From Adineta vaga (Eukaryota; Animalia; Rotifera): 64,000 nt of DNA. Where the stretch lies: contig CP075492.1 in NCBI GenBank assembly GCA_021613535.1, forward strand, positions 682,001 to 746,000. The letters are read 5' to 3'. Shown piece after piece: positions 24,006 through 35,937 of this stretch (positions within the stretch are counted from its first letter, which is position 1; the number at the start of each line of letters is the position of its first letter). The notes beneath the pieces were generated by a model. The model was not told where the DNA came from, did no database searches, and saw nothing but the letters and a program-made list of their open reading frames with translations. The position numbers and the translations under genes are program-made.

Positions 24006-27000
24006 ATGGCTGACAAATTTATACTATCTCTTCATACTCTACCAATGGAACTTTTTTATCGAATCTTGGATTTTCTTGATCCTTATGACATTCTTATGTC
24101 GGTTGAAGATGTTTGTACACGCTTTAATGCAATATTAAACACATATCATCGTTATCAGGTTAGCTTTTCACATATTTTTTATTGGCGAAATCATATGCAA
24201 ATTTTATCTGCTAACACACATTCAACTACTTATTGTAGAATTATAAGAAATCGATAAGTTTTATTTATCATCTAGATATGTCATTATTTTCAACATCGTA
24301 TACCTCAACCAAAGTTAGTGTCAACTCTTCATGCCTTATGTCGTAATAATGTAATCATTCATTTTCAATTCATCTTACATTTCAATAAAGCTCTTCTTCA
24401 TGTTAGACAATTACCATGTTGACACTTCATTATAACGCATTTAGCAGGCAAATAATACAACAGCTTGCTATTACTTTGAAAATCAATCAGGTAACAACAT
24501 AGTAACTTTATTTTCCTATGATATATGAAATATTCGTACTGATGATAGGCAATTATCACTTTGGATATTCACTACAATAAAATTGAGGGTGGAAATGTAT
24601 GTCAGTTTGCTGATTCTTTAAAGATCAATAAGGTGATATAATATCTCAGCTTAACAACGTTCAACATTTTCATTTCTAATAGACAATTACTACACTGAAG
24701 TTCGTGAATTGCCAATTTAATCTTGAAATAATAAAGCATCTTGCCGATGTTATAAGGGTTAATCAGGTACTGCAATATCTCTTTTTATATATCATATATT
24801 TAGCTATTCTCTTAATAATAGACACTCATTACTCTGAACCTCTCCGATAATAATATTGGTGCCAAAGGTGTTGACCACATTGCCGACGCTCTGAAAATCA
24901 ATAAGGTAATAGAACATCTTCGCTTGTCTGATTTGTATATCATGGTTGTTCATTGATAGACACTCACGACGCTACATCTTTCATGTAATGAACTCGGCAG
25001 TGAAGGAATGCATTGTCTTGCTGATGCTTTGAAAGTCAATCATGTAATATCTTATCTATTTCCTGTCAGATAAGTGACATTCCGATTCATCATAGACAAT
25101 CAAAACATTAAATCTTAGACACAATAAAATTGATGATGAGGGAGCATTCCATCTTGCCGGTGCTCTGATAAAAAATCAAGTAAAATAAGTTTTTAGTTTA
25201 TTTTGCTAGATCTCTAACATCTTTCTTCATGTTAGACACTCTTGAATATCGATCTTCAATACAATAAGATCAAAGATAAAGGCGGGTATCATCTTACTAA
25301 TGCCTTAAAGAAGAATCAGGTAGCATAACATTTGTAACAGTCTGCCATATCTTCAACATTTTTATATAACAAAGACACTGGAGACACTAGGTATTCGAAA
25401 TAATCTGATAGGATGTTCGAAAATCATTGATATTCAGCTGATTTTGGATATTAATCAAGTGAGATAGTTTTTAGATCTATTATAACCTCTTTCATTTACT
25501 TCTTCGTTATAGATTGCTAAGAATAATACATCGAACACTGTGGTGATATATACGTCTTTTTTTATCTTCTATTTTCACAACATAATTATTCTTTATAGAC
25601 AATTGACAAATTAAATCTAGAAAATAGAAATATCAGTGACGATGAAGTTCATTACCTAGCTGATGTCATAAAGCCAAATAATGTGATACAGAAAACAATA
25701 TTGACCTGTTCTTCATTAAATATTTCGTTTATTATAGACAATCAAAACATTTAATCTATGCAATAATCAGATTAGCGATTCAGGAGTTCTCCATATTTGT
25801 CATATTCTCGAAATTTCGAAAGTAAAACAAAAGATTCATTTATCCATTTTATATCTGCATGATTATAGAGTATAAATTCATTGTATCTTCAAATAAACCA
25901 GATCGGTACTACAGGAGCACATTATCTTGCTAATGCTTTAAAGATTAATCAGGTGATAAGGTATTTCTTATTATCTTTCACATCTAGAACATTTTTTTTG
26001 ACTGTAGACTGTCACTACACTGCATCTTGGACAGAATCAAATCAGCAATGAAGGAGCACGTTTTCTTGCTGATGCTCTGAAAACTAATCAGGTACCATAA
26101 TATTCCTTCATATGTATCATATCTTCAATATTTTTCCACATTTTAGACATTGATCATTCTCGATCTGGACCAGAATCGTATTACTGACGAAGGAGCACAT
26201 TACTTTGCTGATGCTCTCATGTTGAATCAGGTACGATTATATCACTCTTATCTATTATACGTACAATATTTGCACTAATAATAGACACTCATGACTCTTA
26301 GTCTTCGATACAATCGCATTAGTGAAGATGAACTATGTTATCTTCAGAGAGTTTCAAAAGGAAATCAAGTGAGTAATGATCTTCTCAAGTTATTTCTCAC
26401 ATTTTGCACATTTTCATTCATGATAGACAATTAGTATATTAACTACGTCGAATGATGAGATGGACCAAAAAGAGCAACAAATTTTTTCAGCTATTTTCAA
26501 GATCAATCATGTTAGATAACTTCTCTATTTCATTATTATATTTTCAAGTCTCTTCTTCATGACAGATCATTAACAAATTTAATCTTCAGAACAATAATAC
26601 AACTAACGCATTAAGTCTTGCAGACATGAATATCGGTAATGAAGAAATATATTACTTTGCTAATGCACTAAACTCCACCGATGTGAGAGAAAACGTATAC
26701 ATATCCATCAGTAGTACAGTTCAATCATTTATTATAGACGATGAATATATTAAATCTTCGAAGCAATCAGACTGACGATGGAGATGTCGATGTCGTTTGT
26801 GACATACTCAAGAACTTGAAGGTCGATCACTTGCCTCTTGATAGCAGTGGGATTGGTAGTGAAACAGCACATCATCTTCCTAAGGTCTTAAAGTTAAATC
26901 GAGTATGCTACGTTTCCTATTTATCTGCTATATCTTTGTTTCTACATCATTGGTCATAGATTATTTCAACATTAGATCTAGGAGAAAACAAGATTACCCA

Positions 27001-28025
27001 TATAGGCGTAAAGTATATTGCAGATGCTCTGAAGACTAATCAAGTGAGAAAGAATTTTTGTTTTCTTTTCATATCTTCAGCATTTTCATATATCATAGAC
27101 AATCAGTACATTGAATCTTCGATTCAATCATATTGGTGATGTAGGAGTACAACATATAAGTGATGCTCTCAAAACTAATCATGTAAAAGAAGTTTATTGA
27201 TTAGTTATCAAGTGCGACCTATTGTATATTTTGTAGACAATCACAGCATTGTATCTTCAAGGAAATACAATCGGTATTGAAGGAGCTTATTACCTTTCAG
27301 ATGCTCTAAAGATTAATCAAGTAAGATTCAGTATTCTCTTCTGTGTACAACATTCATGTTCATTATAGACTATTACTTCGTTGCATCTTCGACAAAATCG
27401 AATTGGTGCAGCCGGTGCTCAATATCTTGCTGATGCTCTCAAGATCAACAAAGTGAAATAAACTGTTCTTTTTATCTTTAGTATTGCTATTTATTCTAGA
27501 CAATTAGTATATTGAATCTTGGATGCAATCAGATTGATGACGAAGGTGTACGTCATCTAAGTGATGTTCTGAAAAGCAATCAAGTGAAGTTAAATTTATG
27601 ATCATAGATAGAGTAATTACAAATTTCTTATTCGTTTTAGACCGTTACAATAATGAATCTTGATAGTAATCAAATTGGCGATCAAGGAGCATCTTATCTT
27701 AGTGATTTTCTTAAGAATAATCAAGTGAATTAACATTACTATTCAGTCTATCTGTTTATGTTATTTTTATTTACTGTAGACAATTAGGAATTTATATGTT
27801 TGGGGTAATCAGATTGGTAATGAAGGAGCACGTTATCTTGCAGATGCACTGATATTGAATCAAGTAAGAGAAATAATGTCTATTCATCTATTATTTGTAT
27901 AAATGTCAATTTCTCATTCATTATAGTCAATATTAATACTAAATGTTACCAATAACCAGATTGATCGTCGAATATTTCAGGGTTTTCCTGATGTTGTTAA
28001 AACAAGGATGATCACATATATGTAG
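24006..28025 (+). CDS. F-box-like + ribonuclease-inhibitor-type LRR protein, ~28 exons
   Basis: Exon 1 (24006-24158) LHTLPMELFYRILDFL, then 22 phase-0 84-nt exons each encoding one 28-aa LRR (e.g. TLITLNLSDNNIGAKGVDHIADALKINK) plus a few atypical exons. Stop TAG at 28023-28025. No internal stop found by manual splicing. Confidence 0.9.
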
Positions 28026-28048
28026 GAATGTAAGCAAGAACTAATTGT

Positions 28049-28099
28049 ATCTTGAGGGTATGGATGAGTATTCGCACTCTCACCTTCATATCCTAAAAT
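28049..28099. repeat. Degenerate telomere-repeat palindrome element
   Basis: ATCTTGAGGGTATGGATGAGTATTCGCACTCTCACCTTCATATCCTAAAAT, 24 nt after the LRR stop codon. Confidence 0.6.
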
Positions 28100-28599
28100 A
28101 AATTTCATTATTATTATCTTTGAATTCGAATTGCTAATATTTGTACTCTCTTTTTTACATATAAATTAACTTTTACTGTATTATAATTAGCAACGATGAC
28201 AAATAATTGATCTATTGATTTGTTGCCGGTTTTCGGATGATATAAAATACGTCTAAGTTTTGTGAAAAGAAAAAAAAACTTTTACTTCTAATTCAAATCT
28301 AATCCGTTGATAATGAATGTTTTTCATTATAAAGAACTTTTAGCTCTACTAGAAATAAAATATATTTGTCTCATAAGTGAACTGATACAAAAAAAGATAT
28401 GCCAATCTAAAGCATTAGAGAACAAGAAGAAGAAGATATGATATGTCCAATCGCTTTTCAAATATTGATATCAAATGTAAAATGTCACTTATTTTGAAGA
28501 CTATCTTAGAAATAATGGAATTGATATTATCTTTATGTTAAAATCAAACTACGTTCAATTTTGGTGATATGTTATTTTCGCGAAAGTGTGTCGTTTCTT

Positions 28600-28993
28600 T
28601 TCTTACACTACAATCAAGAGAGATTGCTTGTTCAACTTTAATCAAACTGCAAATCAATCTACGGAATTTCTTTGATTTGATTTACTTACTTGATGGTCAT
28701 TTTTTGTTGTTTATCAACATTAATTGTCCCATTACTTTTTGGAATGATAAATCTTTATGTTCAATGTCAAAATTAAAAAATTCACATTCGTTATCAAGAC
28801 AAAGGTTCGAAATCGAAATGCTAACATTGAACTTTCATCAAATGAAGAGATTCAACATAATTTTCTAGACAGAATTGATCAACAAGTATTTTCGTATGTT
28901 AATAGAAATTCATCTAAATGTGTAGGTGAATGTCACGTTTATTCACTTCTAGATGATTTTGAATACCCTATTACATCATGTTGTTTCTTTTGA
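28600..28993 (+). pseudogene. F-box/LRR-like family remnant
   Basis: CSTLIKLQIN..LIYLLDG, KKFTF.I.T, LSSNEEIQ, CHVYSL motifs in shifted frames. Confidence 0.5.
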
Positions 28994-29649
28994 AAAAAAT
29001 ACGCTCATCTTCCTTATTTATCATATCTATAAACATCGAAGGAAAATCACTTAAAAAATTAATCGATCAAAAAACTTTCATGTATATTATTGTCTTTATT
29101 ATCATTGTATTAAAACATTTAAATAACAAATAATTGTTAATTTTTATCTTGATTGATGTACAAATAATGTGTCTGAGAACATATTTATAATATTCCAAGA
29201 TTTCTAATTCTTCTCTGTATGAGAAAGTTTTATTGAATATAATCACCATTGATATAAGAATAAAATGAATAATTTATGTAATATACAATATTGTATTCAA
29301 TACGACAGTCGATTTAAAAAACACGGAAAGTCTATTAATGATATTGGATTGACTAGTATATCGTCAGACCATTTATTTAATTATTGTGTATCTTTATCTC
29401 ATTATCTTCAAAAGAAATTGAATTAAACGAAAACAGCACTCGATAGAGATGTGCAACGAAAAAGTTTATTGATAATGGTTTAAAAAGTAAATGTCATTTT
29501 CGTATGCCTTAATAAAAATAATAAAAAATCATCAAAAAGATAAAAATAATTTTGAACATCAAATCCTATTGAGATTTTATATAGGATTTTCTACAAAAAG
29601 ATATACAAAATTAATATCAAACTAATTTTTTATGTGAAAAAAACCTACG

Positions 29650-30770
29650 ATAAACAAATTCGAAGTTCATTTCGTCGTGGAAACGTTATTTGACAAATAT
29701 TTGAATTCAATAATCGTTTATTTCCAGTATTGAATATTGTTTGTTGAATTGAAATTGAAATTTCTGAATCAATTGATATCAAACTATTTTTATTTAAAAC
29801 TAATTGAACAAGTTTAATAATTGTATCAACAATTTTTCCAATAAATTTGACTAAATTTTCATTAAATAATAAATTAATTCGACAAATTTCAAGACAAGAA
29901 ATATTAGATAATAATTGAAAAAGATAATCATTATTAATATATTCATTTGGATCTTGACATCTTTTATTTACTAAAAGATTTAATTGTTTAACATTTCTAT
30001 TTGAATAAGAACAAAGACATAAATCTTCCCATTCTACAATAAGTTTTAGAAGACGAGGTGAAATACGAAGTATTTGATCAATAATATAAGCACAATCCGA
30101 TTATTTCATAACTTTATATTCAAAATCAAAAATTATAGAACGTAACCAAGGAAAGCACGTAAGTAACTATGATAACATCGATTCATCATTTTGAAGAAAT
30201 CTCTGAAAAAAATTGTATTTAGATGTGAATAGAAAAAAAGAAGAAAAGCAGATGTTTTTCGATTCTTTTGGGTGATATCAAAACCTGGAATATATCTTTT
30301 CCTCTCTTTGAACAATACTAACAAAATATTCTAAACAATCATGTACTAACTTTCATTTGATAAAATTCTAAAACAAATATATCAACATATTCCAGTAGCC
30401 AATTTATTAAATGTATTTGTTAATTGAATAAGATTATCTATTTGATTACACATCTATCTAATACAATGTCGATTAATCGGTTTTGAATATTGTACAAATG
30501 AATGATTATGAATAGTACGTGGATATTTGAGTAATATATTTAATGGAAAAGTATAAAAAAGAATAAGTTTTTTTTGTTTTTTGATAAACAGTATAAGAAC
30601 AAACAAGTTGATCTTCAATATGATAAACAAGATTATTAAATGGCTATATCATATCCAATTTATTAATAATAATCTTTTCAAATTCTTGATAAAGATTTTC
30701 AGGAAAATAAAATTCTTTTAAATAAAGTAAATATTTCTTATTAACTATTTGACGAAGTTCTTCATAATGT
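29650..30770 (-). pseudogene. Decayed F-box/LRR-like family gene
   Basis: Minus-strand residual coding (IDQILRISPRLLKLIVEWEDLCLCS..NENLVKFI..LVQLVLNK) with many stops; boundaries approximate. Confidence 0.4.
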
Positions 30771-31002
30771 TTAAGTGCTAAAAATAAAAATAAATTCAGA
30801 TTTTTATTTTTATACCTAAATATAACTGACTTTTATCAAATATTTCAACAAGTATTAATTTTTTCAAAAGAAGCATATTGAGTGAACGAATTAAAATTGT
30901 TACTTTATTCAGAGATAAATGACGTAATATAAGAGTTTGAAGTCGAGTTACATCAGTCATTTGACGAATATGATTTTTGTATTTGATTGTTGTTGTTCAA
31001 TA

Positions 31003-32103
31003 GTTATTCCCTCGACTGAAAGGAGGGTTTTGTGCAAAAAAAGTGGGGTCGAAAACTGAAATTCGTTTGTATGTATGTATGTCTGTCGCGGGTCAAGGGT
31101 CAAAAAAACATTTTTTTTCAAAATTTTTAAAAACGTTTGAAAGTGATAATAGGATGGGTCTAGGTCGAGTGTGAGTGAGGGGGGGGGCTCAAAGGTCAAA
31201 AAAACATTTTTTTAAGATATGCTGAAAAATATTTTAAAATCCAGAGAGACTGCCTTTTCACGGGTTAAAAACAACAGTGACTCTAAAGGGTAGCCTCAAG
31301 TCCTTAAGTCCGATGCCAGATTGGTACCCGTGGGTCCCTATATACTATATGATGGAGGTGCTCTTGGGTCCTAACATACTGTACTACGGGAGTATTCTTG
31401 GGCCATCAAGTGCTATACTATGGGGGTACTCCCGGGTCCTCAAGTCCCTTATTTCGGGGGTATCCTTGGGTCCTTAGAAAGTATATTACGGAAGTATCCT
31501 TGGGTTCACAAGTCCTACTATAGGACGGTATTCTTGGGTCCTCAAGTCCTACTATAACGACGCAATCTGATATGATGAGTTGCTCGCATGATATTTGATG
31601 TGATCAAATACCAAAACGTAAGGAATTGGCCAGGACATCATATTTCTAATCAAATACACAGTCAGAATTTCTTTGTGTGAGGATGTTCGAGGATAAAATA
31701 GAAGAAGAAGGCTTTCATCCTGATACAAGTGTCTTGGGTCAAAGCTTGAATCCGAAAGCATATAAATCGTTGCGCTTAAGGGCAGACCACCTATGAGCTC
31801 AGTGGTTCCGTATTGCGAAGAGATCTTCTACAGTGAATCTAAATGTAAGCCGCTAATTCACTCAGTATTCTTTTAATTTAAAGCGTCTCTCTGGAAGTGG
31901 TTGTAGCCAATTAACAATTATTTTGAGTCTACAATACTCACCATATCATAAGCACTCATTTGATTCCTCGTTCCTTAGGATGTTAACCTGCACGCACCTA
32001 TGCACTTTATTGAAGTAAAAATGGAAGATGTCGACTAGCCCTCAGTCGAAGTCAGTTACAATGAAAATCAGCCGAGGCGGTTAGTGAACACATTTCTCGT
32101 AGA
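31003..32103 (+). mobile_element. Possible Helentron-associated (DINE-1/HINE-like) non-autonomous element
   Basis: 5' TTATTCCCTCGACTGAAAGGAGGG short inverted repeat, (GTAT)nGTCTGTC microsatellite, internal minisatellite, CAGTCGA/CAGCCGAGG near 32043-32077. 3' end uncertain. Confidence 0.45.
31288..31556. repeat. Degenerate ~30-bp minisatellite
   Basis: About 8 copies of GGGTATTCTTGGGTCCTCAAGTCCTACTATA-like units. Confidence 0.8.
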
Positions 32104-32397
32104 ACAGTACACAAAAAGAAAAACAAATCATCAAACAAAACACAATAAAAACTATCAGTTCTTATCACGAAGGTATACACAAACCGTCACTTAATAGGCA
32201 CGAACTATCTTCAGCCTAAAAGATAATATTTTTCAGTGCAAACAAACATTCTTCCCTATCCAATTCACTGTAGTGCTTTATCGAACAATTTCCGAGTTAA
32301 AATTATGAAAATAAAACAAACTCACACAGAAAAAGATCGTTCTCCAACCGTTCTTTGCGTATATCCACATGTATATTGTGTGTATGATAACTTTCAA

Positions 32398-32800
32398 CCG
32401 AGAAATTCTCTCTAACAGAAAATTATTTTTGAATTCAAACAAGTACATTTTCATTCAGAACTCGATTTAGCTACTCGTGACACTATTTCGAAATTCAAAT
32501 TCCAAAACGAGAGGAAAACGGCGAAGAAAAAGATGGTGCTAAAATCGTTTGTACTGTGTATGTTTGTACCTACATTGTATATGATGACGCTGAAGAGACA
32601 AATTCTCTATATTAGAGAATTATTTTCAAATTCAAAGAAATCAACTCTATTTCAGAATTCGATGTAGTTGCTCATGAAACTATTTGAAAAACGATATTTC
32701 GAAATATGATGAAAATCAAAGACGGAAAAAGATGCTACTGATATCGTTTCTCATGTGTATGTACACGTTTGGTACATTTATTGACGCTGATAAATTAATT
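32398..32800. repeat. Diverged ~197-bp tandem duplication
   Basis: AAATTCTCT..AATTATTTT.AATTCAAA..TTCAGAA.TCGAT.TAG...CTC.TGA.ACTATTT..TGACGCTGA recurs at ~32403 and ~32600. Confidence 0.7.
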
Positions 32801-34276
32801 TCGTTATTTTACGAACTTTTTTGTGAATGAAAAGCGACATATTTTGATTCACAGTTTCACCTACAATTTGAAGAGCGTATTGAAAAATTGATACTGGATT
32901 TCATTTGGGAATTGTTTATTTCGGCAACAGCGAAGTAGAATAGAACTGTAATAAATAAAAATATTCTCTAACTTTGATTTCTCGAAAATAGATTGAAGAC
33001 TGAGAAAGTTCCTCATCTTTCAATTAAGTTGCATGTAAAAATACATGTCGACATATTTTTTTCTTTCTAATTTCATTGCAAATATCTGCATTCCATAGAG
33101 CATGTGACGAATAAACACAAGTAACGCTCATCCTTGGGATTCGCTGACCCTTTTCTGAAAGAATTACACTTCATTATGAATATAGATGAGCTGTATTTTA
33201 AAAAATAACCGCTATAGCTATTTGTCGACGTCAAGTATTAGTAGCTGACTTAGTCTTATTCTTTTCAAGTATTATGTAGATGTCAGATTGAATGAAATTC
33301 AATAATTTAATAATGTAATTGTTAAAGCTTGACAATTTCATTTATCATACATCTCTCAGTGGATAAACTAACCGATATTTCTCGTAAAAAACGCCATTCA
33401 TATAATGATTAGAGTGTATTGTTGATTGCAGTGCATATAGAATAACATCAGACGATGAAGAAGTGGTGTTTTTGTTGTAAGTCATATTCACTGTTAAATA
33501 TTTAACGCGTCATATTCTCAATTCACTCGAATTTTACTTTTTATTTTTGTATACAGCGAAAGTAATGTTATGATTCATGCTCAGCGCATGTTAATTGTAG
33601 TTAGGTAATCAAATGATTGAAGTATATAATTAAAAGTGGCTTTTCATGTTTAGATATAATATTTTATTTATTAGCAAAAAAATTCTACTACAATTGATTA
33701 TATTTCATGAAGATAAAAAAAACATTGAAATACATTATAACTTCTATTTTCATCAGTAAAAATCAATATCAAACAGATTCTAAATGAAGTATTTAGATAT
33801 AGATTCCATGAATAATCAATAAGCGACTAGTAGGCACGACATGTGAACTACAAACGAGGATAGATTCAAAGACAACACTAAGCAATAAATATAAGTCTAT
33901 TATGAAAGAGATTGCACAAGAAAAAATGAAGGTTTGCGCTGTATAAAAACAAGAAGAAGCATTGTAATATGAACAATTAATTTTAAATTATAGATAAATA
34001 TTAAGAAATCATTAGAAACATTTGACGAAACCAATTTTTGAGTTCATATATCATCAATAAGAGAATTTATGTAGTTATTATTATCAGATTTGTTTAACTT
34101 AGTCAAATAATAGATATTGAGAAAATGGATTTCATTTCAGTATTAGTCATAGTACGGTACGAATAAAAATTTTCATGATAATTATCTATCTAACTAAACA
34201 TGTATGATTAATATTCTGACAGAATATGGTTACCTAGAAAAAGACAATTCTTTCACTTCTATTCATTTAATCGATT

Positions 34277-34500
34277 ATCTTGAGGGTGTGGGTGTGGGTG
34301 TGGGTGAGGGTGGGTGTGGGTGTGAGTGTGGGTGGGTATGGGTGTGTGTGAGGGTTACAAGTATAGCCTGACCCACACCCACACCCACGCCCACCCACAC
34401 CCACACCCTCACCCACACCCACACCCACACACCCACCCACACCCACACCCACACCCACACCCTCACACACCCTCACCCACACCCTCACCCACACCCTAAT
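34277..34500. repeat. Telomere-repeat palindrome element (long arms)
   Basis: ATCTTGAG(GGTGTG)n, core GTTACAAGTATAGCCTGA, (CCCACA/CCCTCA)n. Confidence 0.92.
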
Positions 34501-34530
34501 GCCTTCATTCGCACGTCATCATACAGTGAT

Positions 34531-35307
34531 ATGACTCGAGACACCATGTCAAAATTTTTGGACGAAATATTCGAGGGTGTGACGTTTCCACCAATACCTT
34601 CATTTCACAATTGCACGAAAATGTTTGGATCCGACGATAGTCCTCAATTAGATGCTGTATTAAAAATTTGTTCTCAAGCACTTACTCAGCTTAGCATTGT
34701 ACCCAGAGATGAATACAACAATCCTTCTGATAATAAGCGACTGATTGCTCGGATGGCACTAGACCTTTTTGCCAAATCAATAGCAGAAAATATTACAGAG
34801 CTCACTAAAAATCTAAATTACAAGAATGCTGGTTTTGGCTATGTTCGCGATGAGTTTGTCGTTTCTGGTGATAATGAACAGTTCGATTATTTTGTAACAG
34901 CAATTCAATCTGTGCGCCCAATTGGTCTTACTACAGACTCTTACAACTCGACAATACTCTTTGCATGGGGAGTATACAACTCAAAAACAGATGTGAAAAT
35001 AAATAACTATATCTTAGAAGAACGACAAGAGCAAAATGAATTGACCTATTTGCTTAGGATATTCGATGATGAAGAGGATTCTGTTCCATCTCATATTTAC
35101 GGTACAAATCCTCCTATGGATATTTACTATTCAACAAAATTAGTATTGATACATACATTAAATGGTAAAGGTAACCTAGCCAAATTGGCTATCGATGACA
35201 TAGATTATGTAATGATACTAACCAATGATGAACATGCAGCAGAAATAGTAGCTAAACAATCTGTTCGTGATAAACAAATAATCGATAGAAAACAAAGTGA
35301 CCTATAA
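34531..35307 (+). CDS. Intronless 258-aa protein of unknown function
   Basis: 777-nt ATG-initiated ORF in AT-rich DNA with globular-protein composition; no family recognised. Confidence 0.7.
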   Translation: MTRDTMSKFLDEIFEGVTFPPIPSFHNCTKMFGSDDSPQLDAVLKICSQALTQLSIVPRDEYNNPSDNKRLIARMALDLFAKSIAENITELTKNLNYKNAGFGYVRDEFVVSGDNEQFDYFVTAIQSVRPIGLTTDSYNSTILFAWGVYNSKTDVKINNYILEERQEQNELTYLLRIFDDEEDSVPSHIYGTNPPMDIYYSTKLVLIHTLNGKGNLAKLAIDDIDYVMILTNDEHAAEIVAKQSVRDKQIIDRKQSDL

Positions 35308-35397
35308 ACTTTTGCTATTGGCTTTCTCCAGTTATCATCTTTATGTGTATTGCAAAACCAAATATAAGAAAATAAACAGATAGCTGTTGTAAATAAC

Positions 35398-35937
35398 ATC
35401 TTTGAGAGTATGGGTGTAGATATGTTATAATCTCTATATGCACACTCACACACTAAATAAAAAACGTTTACTACCGAATCTATCGAAAAGGTTCCGTAGG
35501 TTCTAAAAGCTTTAGAATGCGACGACAAATCGAATGAAATGATTTTCAAAATCTACGAAACCTAAAAGGATCTGACGGCGAGCACAGTCTCCGAACCATT
35601 GTCTACGAAACCATTTTAAGTTCTGCAAAACAAAAAATAGATTTCGTCGGGAGATAAGAAACTTCGAGGTTCAACACTATAATTTTATACGGAACGAATA
35701 AGATTTCGCAACTCCCATCGAAACCGTTTTCGCTTTGCAGAACTTAAAATGGTTTCGTAGACAATGGTTCGGAGACTGCGCTCGCCGTCAGATCCTTTTT
35801 TGGTTTCGTAGATTGTGAAAATCATTTCATTCGATTTGTCGTCGCATTCCAAAGCTTTTAGAACCTATGGAACCTTTTCGATGGGTTCGGTAGTACATCT
35901 TTTTTTTCACAGTGCCCTTATCCCTCACGCCCTCAAT
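35398..35937. repeat. Degenerate telomere-repeat palindrome element split by a MITE
   Basis: ATCTTTGAGAGTATGGGTGT..GCACACTCACA [MITE] CCCTTATCCCTCACGCCCTCAAT. Confidence 0.65.
35451..35914. mobile_element. Foldback MITE with CACT...AGTG termini
   Basis: About 35470-35627 is a close reverse complement of about 35736-35895; right end TTTTTTTTCACAGTG; no clear TSD. Confidence 0.88.

Noticed and set aside
24400-27900. Regular ~140-bp periodicity resembling a CRISPR or satellite array
   Set aside because: Units are LRR exons with GT-AG introns; no identical direct repeats and no cas genes.
31288-31556. ~30-bp repeats as a CRISPR array or the 66-aa ORF
   Set aside because: Degenerate head-to-tail minisatellite without unique spacers.
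34267-34494. VWVW / GVGV / PTPT ORFs (also 23489-23740)
   Set aside because: Translations of telomere-type hexamer repeats.
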